This document shows positions 19,796 to 30,455 of a stretch of DNA of 64,000 bases, piece after piece. How positions within the stretch are numbered: position 1 is the first letter of the stretch; each line of letters begins with the position of its first letter. A program made the translations under genes and the position numbers. The stretch is from contig JACNJZ010000045.1 of NCBI GenBank assembly GCA_014382295.1, positions 6,017 to 70,016 on the forward strand, given 5' to 3'. This stretch comes from Candidatus Desulfobia pelagia. GTDB taxonomy: Bacteria; Desulfobacterota; Desulfobulbia; Desulfobulbales; SURF-16. A model generated the notes under the pieces. It searched no databases. It saw only the letters and a list, made by a program, of their open reading frames with translations, and was not told the origin of the DNA.

Positions 19796-21025
19796 ATGAC
19801 GAAAACAGGATATTACGGCAACTGGGGCGGAGCCTTTATTCCAGAAGTGCTTTATGAAACTTTCCGGGAACTCAATACCGCCTTTGAACAGGCAAAAAAG
19901 GAACCTGCATTCTGGCAGGAGTATACGGACCTTATGTCCACGTATTCATGCCGGCCCACTCCCCTCACCCATGCAGAGAATCTCAGCCGTCACTTCGGCG
20001 GCGCCCAGATATATATCAAGAGAGAAGACCTCAATCATACGGGAGCACATAAAGCCAACAACGTCATGGGCCAGGGACTTCTTGTCAAACGAATGGGCAA
20101 GAAACGTGTTATTGCTGAAACCGGGGCTGGCCAGCATGGAGTAGCCACGGCAACCATGGCCGCCAAATTCGGGTTTGACTGCACTATCTATATGGGTGAA
20201 GAAGATGTCATGCGGCAACGCCCGAATGTTTTCTGGATGGAAAAACTCGGTGCAACCGTGGTGCCGGTCACCTCCGGCTCAAAAACCCTGAAAGATGCCA
20301 TAAATGAGGCCTTCCGGGACTGGGTTACCGATATGGATGACACCCATTATGTCATGGGTACCGTCTGCGGCCCCCACCCCTTTCCTGAAATGGTCGCCTG
20401 GTTTCAATCCATCATTGGCATGGAGGCACGCAAACAGATACTCAGCCAGTTCGGCTCCCTGCCAAGCCGCGTTTTTGCCTGTGTTGGCGGCGGATCGAAT
20501 GCAATGGGTGTCTTTCAGGGCTTTCTGGATGATGCCGATGTAGAACTTGTCGGTGTGGAAGCAGGCGGCAAAGGCCTAGAAAGCGGCCAGCATGCTTCCC
20601 GCCTTGCAGGAAAAGATGGCTCAGCCGGGGTTGCCCAGGGGTACAAGACCATGTTTCTTCAGGACGGTGACGGCCAGATGTGCGATACACACTCGGTGGC
20701 CGCCGGCCTTGACTATGTCGGTGTTTCACCGATACTGACAGATCTCTGGGAAAAAAGGCGTGTCCGCTTCGCAGCAGCAACTGACAGCGAAGTGATGGAC
20801 GCCCTCGAACTCACCATGAAAAAGGAGGGCATTATCCCGGCCCTGGAATCAACCCATGCCTTTGTTCAGGCCTTTAAGGAAGCAGGCCAGCTCAACGAAA
20901 AACAAGCGATTCTTATCAACATGTCAGGCCGGGGAGACAAGGACATCTTCACCATTGCCAATGCCTTTGACGATCCATCATGGAAAGAGTTTATCATAGG
21001 AAAAGGAGCTGAATATGCAGCTTGA
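19796..21025 (+). CDS. trpB: Tryptophan synthase beta chain
   Basis: KREDLNHTGAHK, AETGAGQHGVA, CVGGGSNA, SGRGDKD. Confidence 0.96.
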   Translation: MTKTGYYGNWGGAFIPEVLYETFRELNTAFEQAKKEPAFWQEYTDLMSTYSCRPTPLTHAENLSRHFGGAQIYIKREDLNHTGAHKANNVMGQGLLVKRMGKKRVIAETGAGQHGVATATMAAKFGFDCTIYMGEEDVMRQRPNVFWMEKLGATVVPVTSGSKTLKDAINEAFRDWVTDMDDTHYVMGTVCGPHPFPEMVAWFQSIIGMEARKQILSQFGSLPSRVFACVGGGSNAMGVFQGFLDDADVELVGVEAGGKGLESGQHASRLAGKDGSAGVAQGYKTMFLQDGDGQMCDTHSVAAGLDYVGVSPILTDLWEKRRVRFAAATDSEVMDALELTMKKEGIIPALESTHAFVQAFKEAGQLNEKQAILINMSGRGDKDIFTIANAFDDPSWKEFIIGKGAEYAA

Positions 21026-21779
21026 AGAATATATCAAAAAAACCCGGGCAGACAAAAACATCCTGCTGATGACCCATATCGTTCTTGGCTACACGTCACT
21101 TGAGGTCAACCGGGAAGTCATCAGGCAGATGGTTGAAAACGGCGTCGATCTTATCGAGATGCAGATCCCTTTTTCCGAGCCAATGGCGGATGGCCCGGTT
21201 ATTGTCAAAGCCAACCAGGAAGCCATTGAAACAGGAACAAAAGTTCGCCAGTGTTTTGATTTTGCCGCTGAAATGACCGCAGCCCATGACATCCCTTTTC
21301 TGTTCATGACCTACTACAACATCCTCTACCAATATGGCGTGGAGCAGTTTTTCAAAGACTCCAAAAAAATAGGCATCAAGGGATTCATCATCCCGGATCT
21401 TCCACCGGAGGAAGGTGAAGAGTTTTTCCGGCTCAGCAGGGAATACGGAATTGATCCCATAATGATTTATGCCCCGACATCCACCGAGGAACGGATGAAG
21501 TATCTCGCCGGTTACGGCAGCGGGTTTATTTATTGTGTGGCCAGAAAGGGAGTAACAGGCAAACAGACCGATTTTGACAAAGACTTCGGCAGCTACATGA
21601 AACGGTGTCGGAATTCTACAACAATGCCGCTAGCAGTTGGGTTCGGCATCAGCAGCAGGGAAGATGTGGAAACACTTGTCGGCATAGCGGATATCGCAGT
21701 AATCGGCACCAAAACCATCAAGGTCGTTGAAGAGGAAGGAATTGATGCGGTAGGTTCGTTCATTTCTAGCTTACGCTAG
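21015..21779 (+). CDS. trpA: Tryptophan synthase alpha chain
   Basis: IPFSEPMADGPVI, IIPDLPPEE, GVTG, AVGFGIS; overlaps trpB. Confidence 0.94.
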   Translation: MQLEEYIKKTRADKNILLMTHIVLGYTSLEVNREVIRQMVENGVDLIEMQIPFSEPMADGPVIVKANQEAIETGTKVRQCFDFAAEMTAAHDIPFLFMTYYNILYQYGVEQFFKDSKKIGIKGFIIPDLPPEEGEEFFRLSREYGIDPIMIYAPTSTEERMKYLAGYGSGFIYCVARKGVTGKQTDFDKDFGSYMKRCRNSTTMPLAVGFGISSREDVETLVGIADIAVIGTKTIKVVEEEGIDAVGSFISSLR

Positions 21780-21785
21780 AAATGC

Positions 21786-21884
21786 AATTGATAGTGGATA
21801 ATTAAAAATTAAAAATTTTACAGTACTTTACTGATCAGATAAGTACCACCCATTATCAATTATCAATTTTCAATTCTTAATTGC
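21786..21884. repeat. Inverted 7-bp tandem repeats between convergent genes (possible bidirectional terminator)
   Basis: AATTGAT AGTGGAT AATTAAA AATTAAA facing CATTATC AATTATC AATTTTC AATTCTT AATTG. Confidence 0.55.
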
Positions 21885-21886
21885 CG

Positions 21887-23167
21887 TTAAACACTTTCCC
21901 CGCTTTTCACTTCGAGTGACGGGAAGTCAGCCTCTTTGCTCCATGGCTGCAGGATGCAGTTCCTTCCTACACGGGCACCTTCCGGGACCTCAACCTCTTT
22001 GCCTACCAGGGTAATGCCTGTATAGAGATGGGAGGGATACTTGACATTTACCGTCTCCTTGTCATCTCCGTATCCAATAATGGCATTTTTCCCTATCATA
22101 GCCCGCTTATCGAGAATCGTCAGGTCAAGACAGGCGCCTTCTCCTACAATACAGTCATGAAACAGAATGGAATCGCGCACTACAGCTCCGGGCTTGACAT
22201 GGACACCAGGGCTGAGTACTGAGTTTGTCACCTCGCCTTCAATCACACATCCAGCCGATATCATGGAGCCCTTGACGTTGCAGCCGGCTGCAAACCTGGC
22301 AGGAGGCCTGTCCGGGCTGTAAGCAATTCTCCCCCGTACGTTTTCCTCAACATTCGGCCGTATCCCCCACTTCTCTGGAGAAATAACTGCATCCTCTTTT
22401 AGAAGATCCATATTAGCCTGCCAATAGGCCTGTATTGTGCCAACATCACGCCAGTACCCATGGAAGGGATAGGCAAAGACATTATGATTTTCAATAGCTC
22501 TTGGCAGCAGGTGCATGCCAAAATCCGTCTCATCCTTATCTTGGGACAGCATTTCAAGAAGATATTCCGTGTTGAACACATAAATACCCATGGAGGCAAG
22601 ATTAGTCCGGGCGACCTTCGGTTTTTCCTCCCATTCGACAATCCGACCTTCATCATTGGTGATCCCGGCACCGAATTGATGTATTTCGCTTTCGGGAACC
22701 ACCATCATGCCAACGGTAACATCTGCGTTTTTCTGGCGGTGTGATGCAACCATATCATCAAAATCCATCTTATAAATATGGTCGCCGGAAAGCAGAATAA
22801 GCTCTTTAGCCGGATGGGCCTTGATAAAATCAATGTTCTGGCGAACCGCATCTGCCGTGCCCTGATACCAATCTGAATCCTTTGAGCCGGTGCGCGGCGG
22901 CAGGATTTTCACTCCGCGGGTCCGGCCGGTAAAACCCCAGGCCTCCCCTGTTCCAAGATGGCGCATCAGCGAGAGAGGTTTATATTGTGTCAAGACTCCA
23001 ACCTGCGTCAAACCGGCATTCATTACATTGCTCAGACTGAAATCAATAATCCGGTAAATACCGCCAAAGGGAACAGCTGGTTTCGCCCTGGTCTGAACAA
23101 GATTGTTCAAACGGCTGCCAACCCCGCCGGCCAGGATCAAGACAAGAGTGCTCTCATTACTTATCAT
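21887..23167 (-). CDS. glgC: Glucose-1-phosphate adenylyltransferase
   Basis: LAGGVGSRL, AKPAVPFGG, WYQGTADAV, SGDHIYKMD, YWRDVGT. Confidence 0.9.
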   Translation of the reverse strand: MISNESTLVLILAGGVGSRLNNLVQTRAKPAVPFGGIYRIIDFSLSNVMNAGLTQVGVLTQYKPLSLMRHLGTGEAWGFTGRTRGVKILPPRTGSKDSDWYQGTADAVRQNIDFIKAHPAKELILLSGDHIYKMDFDDMVASHRQKNADVTVGMMVVPESEIHQFGAGITNDEGRIVEWEEKPKVARTNLASMGIYVFNTEYLLEMLSQDKDETDFGMHLLPRAIENHNVFAYPFHGYWRDVGTIQAYWQANMDLLKEDAVISPEKWGIRPNVEENVRGRIAYSPDRPPARFAAGCNVKGSMISAGCVIEGEVTNSVLSPGVHVKPGAVVRDSILFHDCIVGEGACLDLTILDKRAMIGKNAIIGYGDDKETVNVKYPSHLYTGITLVGKEVEVPEGARVGRNCILQPWSKEADFPSLEVKSGESV

Positions 23168-24423
23168 CGCACCGTCTCCCCTGTTTTAATTTCCCGGGAA
23201 AATTTTCCAGCGGGCAATGCAGGAAAAACAGTACAGTCTGATCCGATAACCGTCTTGTCCGGAATAAAATTATTCCAGCCGAGAACAGTAACCTCTTTAC
23301 TCTCCGCCGGTCCGGGATCGCCAATGACAGCACCATTGCCGATGGTGACATTGACATCACTGACAACCTTTTCCAGCCGTGAATCCTGACCTATTTTATT
23401 ATTGAAAAAAAGAACTGAATCCCTCACTACTGATCCTTTTCCCACATGGACGCCCGGAAAAAGGATTGACCGCTCGACGGTTCCTTCAACGACGCAACCA
23501 TTGTATACCAGGCTGTCCTGAATAGAGGCTGAGGGGCCAACCTTGAGCGGCTGGCAGTCCCCGACATCACGGTGCTCCATATTGGTCCGCACACCCCATT
23601 TCTCGAGATCAATCTTAGGCGCAGGCCCGAGAAGATCCATATTGGTCTGCCAATACTCCTCCATGGTCCGGGTATACCCCCAGTATCCCCTGAACTTATA
23701 GCCATAGACCCGCTTCTGCTCATACATTAACCGGGGAATAATATCCCGGCCGAACTCAAATGAGCTGTTTTCCTTCGCATTTGTCTTTAGAATATCGATC
23801 AGGGTTTTCGGCCTGAAACAGTAGACCGTCAATGAAGCCCAGTTACACCTGGGGCGATCAGGCTTTTCCTTATACTGCAAAACACGGCCGCCCTGGCCAC
23901 CATCTTCATCGTCAATATCAGCAACTCCGAAACGATGGGCCTTATCCATGGGCACCTGAACACAGGCAATGGTCAGATCAGCATCCTTCTCTCGGTGATA
24001 TGCAATCATTTCACGATAATCCATATTATAAACATGGTCACCGGAGAGAATAAAGACCTCTTCGGGGTTATGATATTCTATGAAATCGATATTCTGGTAA
24101 ACAGCATCTGCCGTGCCTTTATACCAGGAAGTATTACCGTAGCCTGCAGAGGGCGGAAGAATGGAAACACCGCGGCTCTTGCCAAGCATGTCCCAGGCTG
24201 CTCCGATTCCAATATGGTTAATGAGAGAAAAACTGCGAAACTGGCTGAGAATTGCCACCTGTTCCAGACCGGAACGCATCAGGTTACTCAGGGCAAAATC
24301 AATTACCCGGTACAAACCGCCAAACGGAACAGCTGATTTAGGACGATAATGGGTGAGGACATTAAGCTCATTAACCCGCCCACCTGCCAAAATCATAGCC
24401 AGAGTCTTTGGTTTGAGGTTCAC
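23164..24423 (-). CDS. Glucose-1-phosphate adenylyltransferase paralogue (GlgC/GlgD-like)
   Basis: LAGGRVNEL, PKSAVPFGG, WYKGTADAV, SGDHVYNMD; several canonical residues altered. Confidence 0.85.
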   Translation of the reverse strand: MNLKPKTLAMILAGGRVNELNVLTHYRPKSAVPFGGLYRVIDFALSNLMRSGLEQVAILSQFRSFSLINHIGIGAAWDMLGKSRGVSILPPSAGYGNTSWYKGTADAVYQNIDFIEYHNPEEVFILSGDHVYNMDYREMIAYHREKDADLTIACVQVPMDKAHRFGVADIDDEDGGQGGRVLQYKEKPDRPRCNWASLTVYCFRPKTLIDILKTNAKENSSFEFGRDIIPRLMYEQKRVYGYKFRGYWGYTRTMEEYWQTNMDLLGPAPKIDLEKWGVRTNMEHRDVGDCQPLKVGPSASIQDSLVYNGCVVEGTVERSILFPGVHVGKGSVVRDSVLFFNNKIGQDSRLEKVVSDVNVTIGNGAVIGDPGPAESKEVTVLGWNNFIPDKTVIGSDCTVFPALPAGKFSREIKTGETVR

Positions 24424-24484
24424 TGAAGTCCTTCCTTTATAATGGGGTTAGACAAAGTTGGGATTAATCAAACATGATACATGT

Positions 24485-25591
24485 TTAAAGATGTCTTCTT
24501 GTCATCCGACGCAAAGTGATGGTATCAAAATCCTGATCCTGCTTAGGCAGATTCTTGAGTAACACTTCTGCCCTGGCGGCCTCCCTGTGGCCACCGGCAG
24601 CACCAAGTTCGCCAAAAGTTTTTGCGGCCAGGGTTCCGGCATTTTTCTTATAGCCATCACAGCGGAAAATGACGACCAGGCGCTCACCATAAATTCCGGA
24701 GACAAAAACCCAGGAAACTTCATGAACCCGGTTAAAAAAATCAGCGATGATGACCAGGATATCCGGATTTCTGACCCGCCCGACATGGGCATAAAGCCGC
24801 TGATTGTTTATCTTCATTGCCTCAAACGCGGTCTTAAAATAATTGAGCTCCGACATCCTGAGCTCACTAAGCTCGATCTTGCGGACAAGATTTTTATTAG
24901 CGATATTAAAAAGATATCGAAATGATACACCATCAGCAAGGAGAGACTTCTTCTCAAAATTGCGGGTATCAACTTTAATGGCATAAAAAAGGGCGGTTGC
25001 CAGGGCAACCGAAGGCTTCATTCCCGCAGCCCGCAAGTATTCCACCATCATCGAAGCTGTCGCTCCATATTCCGGGCGAATATCGACATAGGTTGCATCC
25101 CACCCCTTGGTCAGGGGATGATGATCTATCACCACATCATAATTCAATTCTTCAAAACAGGGATTATGCAGCGGCTGGGAATCTATCAGGACATATTTGG
25201 AATACTCCTGGGACTTGAGATCTTTAAGACGCTCGGCCTGAATCCTGAGGCGCTCCATCATGGTTATATTACTGAGACGCCGAACTTCATTGGGATAGCC
25301 AATGAGGACGTTTTTCACCTTATAGCGCAGGAGCCGTTTTACAGCCATTGCACTTGCCAGAGCGTCAGGATCAGCGCTTATAACCACCAGCACGTCATCC
25401 TCTTTATCAAAAATATCCCAAAATTCCTGCAGCCTTTCACGGGCTGTTTTGGGAGGAATTTTACGTTTTCTAGAACGATTGGAGCGAGTTAACAGATTAG
25501 TGTTCTTCAATATATTCACCCTACGGGATTGGCCCGTATAAGTTTGCTTTTTACCATACAACCATGTGACAGTGCAAGTAATAGTGGGCAA
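24485..25591 (-). CDS. DHH-family phosphoesterase (true start probably downstream of the ORF start)
   Basis: ADPDA, IDHH, AIKVDT, AGGH motifs. Confidence 0.85.
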   Translation of the reverse strand: MPTITCTVTWLYGKKQTYTGQSRRVNILKNTNLLTRSNRSRKRKIPPKTARERLQEFWDIFDKEDDVLVVISADPDALASAMAVKRLLRYKVKNVLIGYPNEVRRLSNITMMERLRIQAERLKDLKSQEYSKYVLIDSQPLHNPCFEELNYDVVIDHHPLTKGWDATYVDIRPEYGATASMMVEYLRAAGMKPSVALATALFYAIKVDTRNFEKKSLLADGVSFRYLFNIANKNLVRKIELSELRMSELNYFKTAFEAMKINNQRLYAHVGRVRNPDILVIIADFFNRVHEVSWVFVSGIYGERLVVIFRCDGYKKNAGTLAAKTFGELGAAGGHREAARAEVLLKNLPKQDQDFDTITLRRMTRRHL

Positions 25592-25912
25592 CAGATAATT
25601 ACATAAATAAAGGGTTACTATTCAGGTGCGGCTGCAGCATGCAGCCTTATCCCGATACTGTAAATGTTCAGCAGTATACCAGGCAACCGAGAACTTTGGA
25701 TAGGACGCTACTGAACAGGTACAATAACGGGGAAAAAACCGGATAACTTTAAGGAGGTAAGTAAACCCAGGCTGGACTGATTCGGCCATAGTTTCAGAGG
25801 CTCGCAAGCTTGCTTACCTATCTTGGAGATATGCTGGATAATGGCGGCAATGAACTTGCAGGCATCAAAAGACTGAAAATTTATTGGAGCGATCAGCCAT
25901 TATTGTTTCTAA

Positions 25913-26671
25913 TCAGCCAAAGAATGCTTTGTGAAGTAGTTTTGCACATAAAATAAACAAAATGATGCTGAATATCAAACGGATACTTCGACCTTTCAAG
26001 CGAGTGCTCATGATGCGGGAACCAGCCTGACCTCCGGCAAAAGCCGCAATTGCAGCGGGAATCAAAAAAATCCAATTAATCTGTTGAATTGATACGTACC
26101 CCAGAAAACCGGTCAATGAAGAAAAACATACGATAAACGTTGACGAAGCAGCGGCAATTTTAGTTGGTGTTTTAAGCACATAAATGAGTAGAGGTACAAT
26201 AAATACACCACCGCCGATCCCCAATAAGCCTCCCATCAGCCCAATGCAGGCACCTATTCCAATGCCACCAAAAATTTTAGTGTAAGAACCGATTTTATTT
26301 CGTTCTATCTGGCCTGCAGGCGGCATCAACATACGTACCCCTGCCATGGCCAGGACAATGGCCAAGATAACCAGAAAGGGTTGTGGATCAATATATACAT
26401 TAAGATACGATCCAATTGGAGCCGCCAGGCTCGATGAAATGATCAAGGGAATGGAGAGTGAAAAATCCACCATCCTTTTTCGCGAATAGGTAAAAGCAGC
26501 AGATGCGGCAGCGATCAGATTGAGAAACAACGAGGCTGATGCCGCCTCAGACTTAGCAAACCCAAGAATAACAAAAAGAGGAGAAAATATAAGCCCTCCT
26601 CCGAGACCAACCATCGTCAATACCAGTGATATGAAAAAAATAGTAATGACGAGAAGCGCTGAGATACTCAT
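25913..26671 (-). CDS. TauE/SafE (TSUP) family sulfite/sulfur-compound exporter
   Basis: Hydrophobic 252 aa with repeated GLGGG / GLLGIGGG motifs. Confidence 0.85.
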   Translation of the reverse strand: MSISALLVITIFFISLVLTMVGLGGGLIFSPLFVILGFAKSEAASASLFLNLIAAASAAFTYSRKRMVDFSLSIPLIISSSLAAPIGSYLNVYIDPQPFLVILAIVLAMAGVRMLMPPAGQIERNKIGSYTKIFGGIGIGACIGLMGGLLGIGGGVFIVPLLIYVLKTPTKIAAASSTFIVCFSSLTGFLGYVSIQQINWIFLIPAAIAAFAGGQAGSRIMSTRLKGRSIRLIFSIILFILCAKLLHKAFFG

Positions 26672-26770
26672 GAATTTGAGAGATGTACCTTTTTAGAATT
26701 TCATCGGTAACTTCTGCTTTTGAGTGAAAATTTTGTCAGCAAGAGAAAAACCGTTTCCGATGGAAAGGTA

Positions 26771-28216
26771 TTAAAACCCAATCAATGATTTTCCTGCAAA
26801 ACTAAGGATAGGTCCCGGAAAAGTTGCCATACCGATCATTCCAATCATAGCCAGCACTAAAGCTGCTGTCATTCCAGGCGATATTGAAACAGCAGCAGTC
26901 TCTTGTACTGCATTTTCAAAATACATGTACCGTACTACCCGGAGATAATAATACGCCGAAATAACGCTAAAAATCATAGCAGCAACAACCGTAACAATAT
27001 ATCCTGCATGTATTGCGGCTACAAGCAGATAAAACTTACCTATAAACCCTGCTGTCGGCGGGAGGCCAACAAGGGAAAAAAGAAAAACGAGCATTAAAGC
27101 CGCAACCAGCGGATTTGTTTTAGCCAAACCCCGATAATCATCAAGCTGTTCACCGCGTCGCTTGTTATCGCAAAGCAGAATAAGAATGGCAAATGCCCCC
27201 ATATTCATGAAGGCATAGATAAACAGATAATTCATGGTGGCAGACAGCCCCTCATTATTCCCGGCCAGAATCCCTAACAGGGCATAGCCGGCATGGGCAA
27301 TGGAGGAATAAGCCAGCATCCGCTTTAAACTCTTTTGGGCAATAGCAGCAATATTGCCAATAGCCATGGTCAATACTGCTAGAAAGGCGATGATAGGCCC
27401 CCAATGAATATGGACGTCAGCAAATCCCATAATAAGAACACGCCCAAGCACGGCAAAAGCAGCAGCTTTCGGAGCAACCGCCATGAAGGCGGTAATGGAA
27501 GATGGCGCGCCCTCATAGACATCCGGAGCCCACATATGAAAAGGCGCTGCTGCCACCTTGAAACAAAATGCCACCAACACGAGACCAAGCCCCACCAGAA
27601 AGGCATGATTATTTATAAGATCGAGAGAAACCACGCGTTGGGATAACATACTTAAATCGGTGGTGCCGGTAAGTCCGTATATCAAGGAAATTCCATAGAG
27701 GAGGAGACCGGTAGAAAAAGCACCCATCAAAAAATATTTCAAAGAGGCCTCATTGGAGCGGCTATCTTGTTTCAATAAGCCAACCAGACAATAGACACTG
27801 AGAGCCATAAGTTCCAGCCCCAGATAGACAACGATCAAATCACCACCCGAGACCATAGCCATCATTCCCACTGTGGAAAAAACGAGCAGGCTGTAGTATT
27901 CACCATGACGAAGTTTTTCGGTTGTCAGGTAACGTTCTGATAATAAGACTGTAAACAGGACACCGACAAGGCATACCATTTTAAAGAAAACACTGTAGGC
28001 GTCTACGACATACATGTAGCCAAATACTATTCCACTGGGGCTGTTGAACAACAGCACCAGTGAAACCAGAGTACCTGCTGCAGTCAACCAGGGAAGAAGG
28101 AGACGGTTCTCAAAAAAGAGATCCACCACTATTAACAGTATCCCCACAGACAGAAGCACCAGCTCTGGTCCCAAAAAAGAGAGGGAGGACAGAGTGAAAG
28201 GTGAAAATGTATTCAT
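26771..28216 (-). CDS. nuoN: NADH-quinone oxidoreductase subunit N
   Basis: EASLKYF, FKVAAAPFHMWAPDVYEG, KRMLAYSSIAH, GLPPTAGFIGKF. Confidence 0.92.
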   Translation of the reverse strand: MNTFSPFTLSSLSFLGPELVLLSVGILLIVVDLFFENRLLLPWLTAAGTLVSLVLLFNSPSGIVFGYMYVVDAYSVFFKMVCLVGVLFTVLLSERYLTTEKLRHGEYYSLLVFSTVGMMAMVSGGDLIVVYLGLELMALSVYCLVGLLKQDSRSNEASLKYFLMGAFSTGLLLYGISLIYGLTGTTDLSMLSQRVVSLDLINNHAFLVGLGLVLVAFCFKVAAAPFHMWAPDVYEGAPSSITAFMAVAPKAAAFAVLGRVLIMGFADVHIHWGPIIAFLAVLTMAIGNIAAIAQKSLKRMLAYSSIAHAGYALLGILAGNNEGLSATMNYLFIYAFMNMGAFAILILLCDNKRRGEQLDDYRGLAKTNPLVAALMLVFLFSLVGLPPTAGFIGKFYLLVAAIHAGYIVTVVAAMIFSVISAYYYLRVVRYMYFENAVQETAAVSISPGMTAALVLAMIGMIGMATFPGPILSFAGKSLIGF

Positions 28217-28246
28217 AATTTCAATACCTCGTTAACATGTAACCAA

Positions 28247-30037
28247 TCACATACTCGAAAACATCCAGACCAGGACAACAAAAACGCCACCGGCCATAAA
28301 AGATAAATAGCGCGCTATCTGACCATTCTGCATCCACCGTAATTTTTCTGCAAAGTAGCCGACAACCCGGGCCAAACCATCCACTACGCCATCAATACCA
28401 TGCCAGTCAAACCAGGACCAGAAGCGGGCTGTAATCATAAGCGGCACCATCCCAGCCACCCGATAGACTTCACTCCAGGCATTATCGAATGACTGAATCG
28501 GTTTTCTAGCAAACCACATGAACACCTTGCTCCCCTTGCGATAAAACCAGTCAAAATCGAGACTGATCACCACTTCCGGCGCCAGTTTCTTGACAAACAG
28601 GAAAAACCCCAGAGCTGTGAACAACAGTATCTGCATGGACTCGGAAAGATGATATGCCGTATACGGGTGGTAGTGAACCGGGTATGGCAACAGGTTATAG
28701 AGAAACGGAGTATAGCAGCCGATGAAAATACAGAAAAAGGCGGCCACAGCCATGGCAATCTCCATATTAACCGGCGGGTCATCCGCTTTCTCCCAGGTTT
28801 CCTCGCTACAGTTATTCTTGCCGAACCAAATAAAATAAGGGACCTTGAGGCCTGTGTGGAGAAAGGTTCCGGCAGAGGCCAAGGTCAGCAGGAAAGCAGG
28901 CCACATGAGATGCTCATGAAACCCCGCCGCCACGATCATCGATTTACTGACAAAACCTGAAAACAAAGGAAAGGCTGAAATGGAAAGACCTCCGATGAGC
29001 GTATACACAAATGTTCTCGGCATCTTTTTATACAGGCCGCCGAGATCACTGAATTTACTCTTGTCTGTCATAAACAGCACCGAACCGCAGCCCATGAACA
29101 ACAGCCCTTTATAAAGAATATGGGCAAAAGCATGGGCACAGGCGCCGTTAATAGCCATTTCGGTACCAATACCGACCCCGGCTACCATATACCCGACCTG
29201 ACTGATAATGTGGTAGGCAAGAAGTCGCCTGGCATCATTTTCAAGCACCGCGTAAACGACACCATAGAGGGCCATAATGACGCCGAGGGGGACGAGGATA
29301 TCCATGCCGGCAAAACCACGGGCCAAGGCATAAATGGCGGTTTTGGTGGTAAAGGCACACATGAACACGGCTCCGGCTACTGTAGCCTCCCCGTATGCAT
29401 CAGGCAGCCAGGCGTGTAACGGCGGCACTGCGGCATTCAAAATAAAACCGATCATAATGAGGTAAGTATACAAGGTGGGTGAATCAACTCCGATTGGACC
29501 GAAGGAAAGATCGCCCCCTGTGGCCTTATAGCGTAAAATCAGGCCGGCCAACAACACTAGTCCCCCAAAGGTATGAACCAGCAGGTAGCGATAACCTGCG
29601 GATATGGATTGTTTTCTGCCGCGAAACCAGACAAGGAAAACCGAAGAAAAAGCCATCAATTCCCAGAAAAGAAAGAGGACGATATAATCGGCACAGTAAA
29701 TGACCCCGAGGGAGCCGGCAACATAGAGCCACGCCGCGAAAATCTCCCTGATCCCCTTCGCGTTCATGCCGTAAACAGTACCGATAAGACACATCAATGT
29801 CATGATAAAGCCAAAAACATGGCTTAATCCATCTACCCTGCCAAAGGTAAGCGTCCAGTCCATAAACTGAATAACGCCGAAGGTACCCTTGGCCATTGTT
29901 AACACATTGATGAAAGCAAGCAGAGGCACCAGGAGCAGGTAGAGATTACGAATAACCCTGGGTCCACGCACAAAGGGCAGGAGCAAAGCCCCTATGATCA
30001 GAACAGCGGCTGGATGAATCCATAAATCAGTCATCAT
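28247..30037 (-). CDS. Antiporter-like subunit (MrpD-like core with NuoL-type C-terminal lateral helix)
   Basis: FWELMA, PLHAWLPDAY, LLAYHIISQVGY, GFVSK; tail DFDWFY...IDGVVDG...QNGQIARY. Confidence 0.85.
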   Translation of the reverse strand: MMTDLWIHPAAVLIIGALLLPFVRGPRVIRNLYLLLVPLLAFINVLTMAKGTFGVIQFMDWTLTFGRVDGLSHVFGFIMTLMCLIGTVYGMNAKGIREIFAAWLYVAGSLGVIYCADYIVLFLFWELMAFSSVFLVWFRGRKQSISAGYRYLLVHTFGGLVLLAGLILRYKATGGDLSFGPIGVDSPTLYTYLIMIGFILNAAVPPLHAWLPDAYGEATVAGAVFMCAFTTKTAIYALARGFAGMDILVPLGVIMALYGVVYAVLENDARRLLAYHIISQVGYMVAGVGIGTEMAINGACAHAFAHILYKGLLFMGCGSVLFMTDKSKFSDLGGLYKKMPRTFVYTLIGGLSISAFPLFSGFVSKSMIVAAGFHEHLMWPAFLLTLASAGTFLHTGLKVPYFIWFGKNNCSEETWEKADDPPVNMEIAMAVAAFFCIFIGCYTPFLYNLLPYPVHYHPYTAYHLSESMQILLFTALGFFLFVKKLAPEVVISLDFDWFYRKGSKVFMWFARKPIQSFDNAWSEVYRVAGMVPLMITARFWSWFDWHGIDGVVDGLARVVGYFAEKLRWMQNGQIARYLSFMAGGVFVVLVWMFSSM

Positions 30038-30290
30038 AATAGTCCTCGCGAGTCATGATGCCAAGATGCCCGAACCACTTGGAAACAAAGATAATCAATG
30101 TACAGGCGACAAAGCCGAAGATAGACCACCACCCCGGGATATAATGCTCAACCCAGCTATGGGCATGGTGCTCCTTACCGGTTAAGCCGGGAATTATATC
30201 GATGATAACAAGGAGAGCAAGAACCCCGTAACAGAGTCTCACGGTCATCTTCATTCGGTCTCGGAAAAAATCAATAAATTGCACTATCAT
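30027..30290 (-). CDS. Small membrane protein (87 aa) of the complex I-like cluster
   Basis: MIVQFIDFF...IPGWWSIFGFVAC...MTREDYYDD; two hydrophobic segments; GGGAG upstream; the longer ORF start lies inside a repeat. Confidence 0.7.
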   Translation of the reverse strand: MIVQFIDFFRDRMKMTVRLCYGVLALLVIIDIIPGLTGKEHHAHSWVEHYIPGWWSIFGFVACTLIIFVSKWFGHLGIMTREDYYDD

Positions 30291-30291
30291 T

Positions 30292-30455
30292 TGGCACTCC
30301 CATAAAAAGTCATGCTGCAGCGCCCAGATGGCTAAGCAAAAAGTTTGATAAACAAGGCGCAGTGTTTTTAACAGGGATTTGATCATACATGTCGTATATC
30401 AAATGTCTGTCAAAAACCTGCAACACAGTAGATCGGACTTTTTGCGACGCCATCA
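30292..30455 (-). mobile_element. MITE-like structured repeat, copy 2 (164 bp)
   Basis: Minus strand TGATGGCGTCGCAAAAAGTCC...GACTTTTTATGGGAGTGCCA, AATGA on both flanks; homologous to 2253-2404. Confidence 0.75.

Noticed and set aside
25600..25900. Possible ncRNA in the DHH-TauE intergenic region
   Set aside because: Only a weak imperfect inverted repeat (AGGTAAGTAAAC/GCTTGCTTACCT); no recognisable RNA family features
30291..30386. N-terminal extension of the small membrane protein
   Set aside because: Lies within the repeat; ATG at 30290 has its own RBS
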